From Pseudomonadota bacterium (GTDB lineage Bacteria; UBA10199; 2-02-FULL-44-16; JBDRGF01), in assembly GCA_043818055.1 (NCBI GenBank), contig JBDRGF010000075.1, positions 1,733 through 65,732 on the forward strand: a stretch of 64,000 bases of DNA, given 5' to 3'. Both the position numbers and the translations under genes were made by a program. Positions 57,246 to 64,000 of the stretch are shown one piece after another; positions within the stretch are counted from its first letter, which is position 1; each line of letters opens with the position of its first letter. The notes under the pieces were generated by a model. That model made no database searches. It saw only the letters and a program-made list of their open reading frames with translations, and was not told the origin of the DNA.

Positions 57246-60018
57246 GAAGATCAAAAAAAGTTCTCAAAATGCCGGAAAAAAAGGCAAAATTTCCAGGAAG
57301 GCGCGTAAGGGGCTTTCCTCTCTCAATGATGATATAAATAATACAAAGGCTAAAAATCTTTATGGTAAAGCTGCCGAAAACGCGCTCGCCAAAAGAGAAA
57401 AACGTCTGGGGGATTTTTCTCTTTGGAATCGCGAAGAGCTGGTTCACGAGCTCGAGGTCCATCAGATAGAGCTCGAGATGCAAAATGATGAGTTGAAGAG
57501 GGCTCAAACCGAGATTGAAAACTCCCGCGTCGAGTATGCCGATCTCTACGACTTTGCACCTGTGACCTACTTCACGCTCGATAAAAACGGCCTGATACTT
57601 AAAATTAATCTGACGGGCGCCTCCCTTCTGGGGAGGGAGAGATCGCATCTTATCAACAAGCCCTTCTCGCTCTTCATCGCAGAGGAGAGCAAGTCGCTCT
57701 TTTATTCCCACCTGAGAAGGGTATTTAAAACGAAGGATGTCGAATCAAATGAAGTGATTATTAAAACAAAGAGCGGGGTTGAGTTAAAGGTCATTTCAAA
57801 GAGCCTCTTTTTGGAAGGCAAGGCGAACGGTCAACAATGTATCACAGTTGCCGTTGACATATCGAACACGAAGAGGCTCGAGCGGGAGCTGCTGTCGTCC
57901 TTTGAAAACTGGAGAAAGACCTTCGACTCGGATAAAGACCTGATCATGCTTCTCGATAAGGATTTTACGATACAGAAGGTGAATATCTCTGTTATGGATT
58001 TTCTCGGAAAAAAAGAAGAGGAGCTGATCGGGAAAAAATGTTTTCAGTTGATGCACGGTATGAATACCTCTCCCGATTTTTGTCCATTTAATAGAGTTAA
58101 AAAATCCAAAAGACGTGAGATGGCAGATGCCTTTATTGAAGAAAGGGGTCTCTGGATAAGGGTTACGGTCGATCCGATTCTCGACAATAAGGGGGATTTC
58201 ACCGGGGCAGTTCACATTGTGGAGGATATCACTGAAGAGAAAAAAACACATGATGATCTTAGAGAGAATGAAAAAAGATTTCGTATGCTCTTTGAGAATA
58301 TGACCAGCGCCGTGGCGATCTATGAAGCGGTCGATGGAGGAGAGGATTTTATCTTCAAAGAATTCAACATGAGTGCTGAGAGGACTGAAAAGATCAAAAG
58401 GGAGGAGCTCTTAGGAAAGAGAGTCAAAAAGGTCTTTCCGGGGGTCGAAACCTTTGGCATATTCGATGTCTTTAAAAGGGTTTGGAAGACAGGAAAACCC
58501 GAACATTTTCCGGTTAACCTATACAAAGATAAGAGGATTCAGGGCTGGCGGGATAACCATATCTATAAACTGCCATCAGGCGAGGTTGTCGCGATCTATG
58601 ACGATGTCACTGAAAAAATGCAGGCCGCTCAAGGCGTAGAATTCGAACACAAACAGCTCCTCTCCATCTTCGATTCCATTCAGGAGGTGATCTATGTCAC
58701 GGATCCAAAGACGTATGAAGTCATATACGTGAATAAGTATTGGAGGGATGTTTTGGGAAAGGATCCCATCGGGAAAAAATGTTACGAGGCGTTTCAGGGA
58801 TACAAACATCCATGCGGATTTTGCACAAACAAGATCATCACAAAGCTCAAGGGAAAGCCATACACATGGGAGTATTATAATCCAATGGTGGGTCGGGATT
58901 ACATGATCGTCGACAGGATCATAAAGTGGCCTGATGGCAGGGATGTGCGGTTTGAATTCGCACTTGATATCACGGATAGAAAAAAGGCGGAGAGCGAACT
59001 TAGATTGGCAAAATTCTCAATCGATCGCGCATCCGACTCCGTCTTCTGGGCTGATTCTAACGCAAATATCGTCAATGTGAATGATGCGGCCTGCCGCTCC
59101 CTTGGATACTCCAAAAAAGAGCTGCTTAAGATGAAGGTCCATGACTTTGACCCCGATTTTACAAGGCAGAGATGGCCATCTCACTGGGAGGATCTAAAAA
59201 AGCGCAAATCCCTTATAATCGAAACACGCCATAGGAGAAAGGACGGGACGATATTCCCTGTCGAGATGCTTCTTAATTACTTCGATTACGGAGGCAAGGA
59301 GATGAATTTCGCATTTGCGAGAGATATCTCCGAGAGGAAGAGGATAGATGAGATGAAGGACAATCTGGTGCGCAACGTGACTCACGAGTTCAAGACTCCG
59401 GTTGCGATGATGCAGATGGCGCTTGAGATATCGCAATTAGGTTTTGAAAATAAGGATCTCAAGGAGATTTACCGGGGACAGAAGATCGCCATGAAGAATG
59501 TCGAAAGGCTCCGCCGCGACATGGATCATATACTCGAGATGTTTAAACTGGAGATCGACCCGCGTTCAAAAAAGAAGAAGAGTTGTCATTTAAAGGGAAT
59601 TGTAAAAGATATTGCGAAAAGTTTGAAACAGATGTGTGTTAATAATCACGTATCGATAGCAGTCGAGATTTCAGAGCGTGCAAATAAGGTGCCGATGAGG
59701 GAGAGCGATGCCCGGACTATGCTCAGCAATCTCATTGAGAATGCGGTGAAATTTACGAATAATGGAAAGGTATCTGTTTCCAGTGGCATAAAGGGGAATA
59801 AGCTGGTATTAAAGGTCAAGGATACAGGCTGCGGTATTATAAAAGAAAACAGGAAGAGGGTTTTTGAGAAGTTTGAACAACGACATGCCTCGATTCCCGG
59901 AACGGGTTTGGGACTCTTTATAGTAAAAGAGATCGCTGAAAGCTATAATGGCAAAATAAAGCTGGATTCAAAGGGAAGAGGAAAGGGCGTGACATTCACT
60001 GTCGAATTGCCGATATAA
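57232..60018 (+). CDS. Multi-PAS sensor histidine kinase (about 4 PAS domains + HisKA + HATPase_c)
   Basis: Repeated PAS cores. H-box THEFKTPVAMMQMALE. N/G boxes IENAVKFT, KDTGCGI, GTGLGLFIVKEIAE. Start chosen at ATG 57232 after GGGGGAAAAGG (track ORF 57205). Confidence 0.8.
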   Translation: MKRGKKIKKSSQNAGKKGKISRKARKGLSSLNDDINNTKAKNLYGKAAENALAKREKRLGDFSLWNREELVHELEVHQIELEMQNDELKRAQTEIENSRVEYADLYDFAPVTYFTLDKNGLILKINLTGASLLGRERSHLINKPFSLFIAEESKSLFYSHLRRVFKTKDVESNEVIIKTKSGVELKVISKSLFLEGKANGQQCITVAVDISNTKRLERELLSSFENWRKTFDSDKDLIMLLDKDFTIQKVNISVMDFLGKKEEELIGKKCFQLMHGMNTSPDFCPFNRVKKSKRREMADAFIEERGLWIRVTVDPILDNKGDFTGAVHIVEDITEEKKTHDDLRENEKRFRMLFENMTSAVAIYEAVDGGEDFIFKEFNMSAERTEKIKREELLGKRVKKVFPGVETFGIFDVFKRVWKTGKPEHFPVNLYKDKRIQGWRDNHIYKLPSGEVVAIYDDVTEKMQAAQGVEFEHKQLLSIFDSIQEVIYVTDPKTYEVIYVNKYWRDVLGKDPIGKKCYEAFQGYKHPCGFCTNKIITKLKGKPYTWEYYNPMVGRDYMIVDRIIKWPDGRDVRFEFALDITDRKKAESELRLAKFSIDRASDSVFWADSNANIVNVNDAACRSLGYSKKELLKMKVHDFDPDFTRQRWPSHWEDLKKRKSLIIETRHRRKDGTIFPVEMLLNYFDYGGKEMNFAFARDISERKRIDEMKDNLVRNVTHEFKTPVAMMQMALEISQLGFENKDLKEIYRGQKIAMKNVERLRRDMDHILEMFKLEIDPRSKKKKSCHLKGIVKDIAKSLKQMCVNNHVSIAVEISERANKVPMRESDARTMLSNLIENAVKFTNNGKVSVSSGIKGNKLVLKVKDTGCGIIKENRKRVFEKFEQRHASIPGTGLGLFIVKEIAESYNGKIKLDSKGRGKGVTFTVELPI

Positions 60019-60020
60019 AA

Positions 60021-60044
60021 GTAGGGGCGGTTCGCGAACCGCCC
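60021..60044. repeat. GTAG + GGGCGGTTCGCGAACCGCCC palindrome (second exact copy) downstream of the PAS histidine kinase
   Basis: Identical 20-bp core to the copy at 43241-43260. Confidence 0.7.
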
Positions 60045-60069
60045 AATCTATTAGTAATAGGAGGCTTTT

Positions 60070-60432
60070 ATGAAAAAGATTTTAATCGTAGAAGATGACA
60101 AGGATATGCAGGAGGTCTATCGCAGCTTTTTTGAGGATGAGAAGGAAAAATACGAGATCGCTGTTATGGATGATGCTACGGATGCCCTGACAGTCCTCAA
60201 GGATGGTGGCTATGATCTGGTCGTTCTGGACATAATAATGGAGCCGATGACTGGGGACAGCTTCTTCGTCTATGCTAAGGATGATATCAAGACCATGAAC
60301 ATACCGATAATAATAGTGAGCGTCTTGAGCCAGGATATCATGACGAATCTCAACCACATCGGCAAATTCGAATATCTACAAAAGCCGATTTCGAAGGAAC
60401 AGCTGATAAACAAAATTGAGGATTTGATATAA
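60070..60432 (+). CDS. Single-domain response regulator receiver
   Basis: ILIVEDD...LVVLDIIMEPMTG...QKP. Confidence 0.8.
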   Translation: MKKILIVEDDKDMQEVYRSFFEDEKEKYEIAVMDDATDALTVLKDGGYDLVVLDIIMEPMTGDSFFVYAKDDIKTMNIPIIIVSVLSQDIMTNLNHIGKFEYLQKPISKEQLINKIEDLI

Positions 60433-60435
60433 GGG

Positions 60436-60604
60436 AACCTCTAAAAACTTATGAGAACCGCAGATTGTCATTCTGAGCGAAGCGAAGGATCCTAAGTTTT
60501 TGAAATTACAAGATTCTTCGCTACGCTCAGAATGACAGAACATACAAAATCCTAATTGCGACACAGTCTCTTCGCTCAGGATGACAGAGGAGATTTTTAG
60601 AGGT
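60436..60604. mobile_element. MITE-like nested palindromic element (11-bp outer IR around 22-bp inner IRs, TGTCATTCTGAGCGAAGCGAAG-type, three arm copies)
   Basis: Outer inverted repeat aacctctaaaaa / tttttagaggt. Inner arms at 60466-60488, 60514-60538 (inverted) and 60567-60587. Non-coding, lying between the receiver and the histidine-kinase gene. Confidence 0.5.
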
Positions 60605-60639
60605 GCCCATAAGAAGTCAGTATTTCTGAGAATGTTGCT

Positions 60640-62322
60640 ATGCCAAAGAAAATAAAGAAAAAGATCAAAAAAGTTGTGGCAAAGACAAAGCTCCCCATGA
60701 GCATCAGGAAGAGGGTTGCCACACCTTCAAAAAGCCCTCGAGAGCTGTTGATCCTCTATGATCTTTCAAATGCGATTTTTTCAACCACCGACGAAGATAA
60801 GCTGATGGATGTGACGATGGAATCCCTTAAGAGGATGGTCGATTACGATCTCTCCGGCACAATATTGCTAAAAGATGGCAGCGCCTCTGTAGTCTTAAAA
60901 ACCCTTCATAATGAGTGTTGTAAGTTTCTGGATGATATAAAGGAGAGGTTGATAAGTCGGGCATCTGAATTGACGGGGGAAAATGTAGGTGAAAAGAATA
61001 TTGTTGTTCGTAAAGAGAGTTTTGATCTCGGGAAAAAGGTAAAAAGGGTTAAGGAAATAAAAGAGAAGGGACTTATATCGATTTTCAGAGTTCCGTTTAT
61101 CGTTCTGGGAAATGCTATCGGCGTTCTCATTGTGGCCAGCTGTAAGAAGAAGGCATTCACCAATGAAGAGATCAGGTTTATGTACATAGTTGTGAATCAG
61201 GTTTCGCAGGCGATTGAAAGGCTGAGGATAATGCTGGCGAACGAGCAATCTAAGATGCTCTCGATGGTCGAGTCTATGACTGAGGGTGTTATTTTTACCG
61301 ATAGTTCAAGGGAGATTATCGTCATAAACCCAGCTGCCAGCATGATGTTGGGATTGGCCCGGATGAAGAGCATTTCGCTCAGGGATATAGAGAAAAAATT
61401 TTATGAAATAGATATGGATGATATCGTGATCAGGAGAATGAAATTTGAAAGCGAGGAAGAAGGGGATATCTCAAGACAGGTCACATTTAAAGATTTGGCG
61501 CTTCAGATCTTTCAGGAAGCGGTTTGTGATAGAGAGGGGAAAAAGATCGGCTTTGTAACATTTCTCAAGGATATCACAGAGCAAAAGAAGCTCGAACGAC
61601 TAAAAGATGAGTTCATCTCTTCGGTATCGCATGAGCTGCGCACCCCTCTGACCACCATAAAGAACGTCGTATCTAACGCGCTGGCAGGAATCACCGGGGA
61701 AATATCTGAAAGCCTAAAGACGTATCTTCATATGGCAAACTCCGAGATCGACAGATTAACGCGAATCATAAACGACCTTTTGGATATTTCGAAGATAGAA
61801 TCCGGAAAATTTGAGTTAAGAAGGGATTTCGTGGATATCAGCAAACTTCTCGATTGTGTGGTCAAGGTCTTTGCCGATTTTGCCCTCAAGAAGGGGGTTG
61901 AATTAAAAAAGTCATATGTCGGCGTAAAAAAGCTCCCCATTTATATAGATCCCGACAGAATTACACAGGTTGTTTTCAATCTTGTCGATAACGCGATTAA
62001 ATTTACGCCGACCGGCGGATCGGTCTCGATCAATATTGAAGATCTTAAAAATGAGATCGAGGTGCGTGTGAGCGATACCGGTATGGGAATTTCACCCGAG
62101 GGAGCAAATATTGTTTTTGAAAAGTTCAGGCAGGTGGGAAGGATCGAAGGGAGTGGCATAAAGGGAACAGGCTTGGGGCTGGCTATAGCAAGGGAGCTCA
62201 TCGAGATGCACGGCGGTAAGATTTGGCTCTCTAGCGAGTTGGGGAAAGGGTCGGTCTTTGGATTCAGGCTCCCTAAGATCAGCTCAAAAGAGGTTGCGAA
62301 GATTAAAGCTGAAAAGAGCTGA
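60640..62322 (+). CDS. Sensor histidine kinase with GAF and PAS domains (cytoplasmic)
   Basis: H-box SHELRTPLTTI. N/G boxes VDNAIKFT, SDTGMGI, GTGLGLAIARELIE. Upstream GAF-like and PAS-like regions. Confidence 0.8.
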   Translation: MPKKIKKKIKKVVAKTKLPMSIRKRVATPSKSPRELLILYDLSNAIFSTTDEDKLMDVTMESLKRMVDYDLSGTILLKDGSASVVLKTLHNECCKFLDDIKERLISRASELTGENVGEKNIVVRKESFDLGKKVKRVKEIKEKGLISIFRVPFIVLGNAIGVLIVASCKKKAFTNEEIRFMYIVVNQVSQAIERLRIMLANEQSKMLSMVESMTEGVIFTDSSREIIVINPAASMMLGLARMKSISLRDIEKKFYEIDMDDIVIRRMKFESEEEGDISRQVTFKDLALQIFQEAVCDREGKKIGFVTFLKDITEQKKLERLKDEFISSVSHELRTPLTTIKNVVSNALAGITGEISESLKTYLHMANSEIDRLTRIINDLLDISKIESGKFELRRDFVDISKLLDCVVKVFADFALKKGVELKKSYVGVKKLPIYIDPDRITQVVFNLVDNAIKFTPTGGSVSINIEDLKNEIEVRVSDTGMGISPEGANIVFEKFRQVGRIEGSGIKGTGLGLAIARELIEMHGGKIWLSSELGKGSVFGFRLPKISSKEVAKIKAEKS

Positions 62323-62417
62323 TGCTCTATAAAACTTGAGGTGCTTTTTTCTAAAGATGTGTTATGATTTTAGATTGGAAGGTTGATAAGACAAAATTAT
62401 TTTAAAAGGAATTTACT

Positions 62418-62798
62418 ATGGCGGAAAAAAAGAAGAAAAAAATTCTGGTGATCGATGATGAGAACAGCTTTGTATCGACAATGAAAATCGCGCTCGAATT
62501 TCAGGGGTATGAGATTCTGACAGCCGTGAATGGTCAGGAGGGTATCGAGGTAGTGAGGGAAGAGAAGCCCGACATCGTGCTCCTCGATATCATGATGGCG
62601 AAGATCGACGGCTTTCAGGTCTGCAGGATATTAAAATTTGACAAACGCTATCAGGAAATCCCTATCATAATGGTCACGGCAAAGGGCCAGGAGAAGGACA
62701 AGACGATCGGCCACCAGGTAGGTGCTGACGCCTACATCACCAAACCATTTGAGATGCCCGCTCTGCTTGAGAAAATAAAATCTTTGTTGAAGGAGTAA
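62418..62798 (+). CDS. Single-domain response regulator receiver
   Basis: ILVIDDE...IVLLDIMMAKIDG...TKP. Confidence 0.8.
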   Translation: MAEKKKKKILVIDDENSFVSTMKIALEFQGYEILTAVNGQEGIEVVREEKPDIVLLDIMMAKIDGFQVCRILKFDKRYQEIPIIMVTAKGQEKDKTIGHQVGADAYITKPFEMPALLEKIKSLLKE

Positions 62799-62822
62799 GT
62801 GTCAGAATCTTCGGAGATCGTT

Positions 62823-63497
62823 ATGAATAAGGAAGTCCTCTCGCCAGCGCAAGCGGCAGCAAAGATAAAGGAAAACGATGTTTTGATGATAGGCGGATTT
62901 CTCACCGTCGGAGAACCTACAAAGATCATAGAGGCGCTTGTCAAATTGGGAACGAAGGGGCTTACCATCATCGGCAACGATTCAGGTTACGATCTCCCCC
63001 TGCCCGATGGCTCTAGGCGTGTGGAAGGGATCGGCAAGCTCACAAAGAACGATCAGGTCAGAAAGATCATCGCCTCATACATCGGTGCCAACGTAAAAAA
63101 TCAGGAAAAGATGGCAACATCGGAGATCGAGACAGATCTCACGCCGCAAGGCACGCTCGCGGAACAGATTCGTGCAGCAGGGGTAGGGTTGGGCGGTGTG
63201 CTCACGCCAACAGGGGTTGGCACATTGAGGGCGAAGGGTAGAAAAATTCTCACGATCGACGGTAAAAAATATCTGTTGGAAAAACCTCTTCATGCAGATG
63301 TAGCGCTCATCAGGGCAAAGAGGGCAGACCGCTCCGGCAACCTCGTCTATCACGGTACTGCACAAAATTTTAATCCGCTGATGGCGATGGCGGCTAAACT
63401 CGTGATCGCCGAGGTGGATGAGATTATAGATGTAGGCGAGATTCATCCGGGCGATGTTGTAACGCCGGGGATTTTTGTAGATTATTTGGTGATGTAG
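62823..63497 (+). CDS. 3-oxoacid/acetate CoA-transferase subunit A
   Basis: MIGGFLTVGEP...SGNLVYHGTAQNFNPLMAMAA is the subunit A (AtoD/ScoA) signature. Start at ATG 62823 after GGAGATCG (track ORF 62799, GTG). Confidence 0.8.
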   Translation: MNKEVLSPAQAAAKIKENDVLMIGGFLTVGEPTKIIEALVKLGTKGLTIIGNDSGYDLPLPDGSRRVEGIGKLTKNDQVRKIIASYIGANVKNQEKMATSEIETDLTPQGTLAEQIRAAGVGLGGVLTPTGVGTLRAKGRKILTIDGKKYLLEKPLHADVALIRAKRADRSGNLVYHGTAQNFNPLMAMAAKLVIAEVDEIIDVGEIHPGDVVTPGIFVDYLVM

Positions 63498-63593
63498 AGG
63501 AGTTAACTGTCCAAGTGCTTGAGTGTGTAAGTGTCTAAGTAAAAACTAAAAGACTTTGCCGAAACTTAAGCACTTACGCACTATCATTAATTT

Positions 63594-64000
63594 ATGGATA
63601 AAAAAGAGATTCGAACAATCATCGCAAAGAGGATCGCCCGAGAGCTCAAAGAGGGTGATGTCGTGAATTTGGGCATCGGCATGCCGACCCTCGTGGCCAA
63701 CTTTGTCCCGAGGGATGTTCATATCATACTTCATTCCGAAAACGGGATCTTGAGGATGGGACCCACACCTCCGAAAGGGGGCGAAGACCTTGAACTGACA
63801 AATGCGGGAAATGCCCCTGTCACCATATTACCCGGCGGCATGTTCTTCGATTCGGCTTTCAGTTTTGGCATCATACGCGGCGGGCATCTCGATGTTACTG
63901 TCTTGGGCGGGCTCCAAGTCGATTCACATGGCAACCTCGCCAACTGGATGATCCCGGGCAAGAAGGTCCCGGGCATGGGTGGCGGAATGGATCTGGCGTT
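63594..64000 (+). CDS. 3-oxoacid/acetate CoA-transferase subunit B (3'-partial, runs off the window)
   Basis: [37 protein letters not shown]...SENGIL is the subunit B (AtoA/ScoB) N-terminal signature including the ENG motif. The frame is open to the window end. Confidence 0.75.
   Translation, partial: MDKKEIRTIIAKRIARELKEGDVVNLGIGMPTLVANFVPRDVHIILHSENGILRMGPTPPKGGEDLELTNAGNAPVTILPGGMFFDSAFSFGIIRGGHLDVTVLGGLQVDSHGNLANWMIPGKKVPGMGGGMDLA

Noticed and set aside
60376-60564. 62-aa minus-strand ORF
   Set aside because: It lies wholly inside the nested palindromic MITE-like element and is a palindrome-generated reading frame.

Overview
The window is low-GC and gene-dense, and looks like an uncultivated or candidate-phylum-type bacterium. 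Content in order: (i) a nucleotide-salvage cluster (MNT-like nucleotidyltransferase, dGTPase, two deoxynucleoside-kinase paralogs); (ii) a large Pro/Thr-rich surface protein with tandem coding repeats; (iii) a CdaA diadenylate cyclase fused to a YbbR/CdaR-like domain; (iv) a roughly 19-kb putative RiPP biosynthetic locus (about 9.1 to 27.9 kb), which is the main finding; (v) three tandem P-loop kinase-like paralogs, membrane transporters and a PtsN-like EIIA; (vi) a roughly 18-kb minus-strand Pel-like exopolysaccharide locus (PelA/B/D/E/F/G-like, GH114-like hydrolases, embedded receivers and a HEAT-repeat protein), punctuated by a family of GTAGGGG...CCCCTAC palindromic intergenic elements; (vii) galE-like and glmM genes, a signalling island (two PAS/GAF histidine kinases, three orphan receivers, a kinase-like protein) and CoA-transferase subunits A and B. 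The RiPP locus has three very short precursor-like ORFs sharing an EIEI/V..EG leader motif, four radical-SAM enzymes, a TldD/PmbA peptidase, a methyltransferase, RND and MFS exporters, and a periplasmic-binding-protein / histidine-kinase / sigma-54 activator module. Two perfect sigma-54 promoters, each with a paired 14-bp palindromic upstream site, sit in front of its two operons. No rRNA, tRNA or CRISPR was seen.
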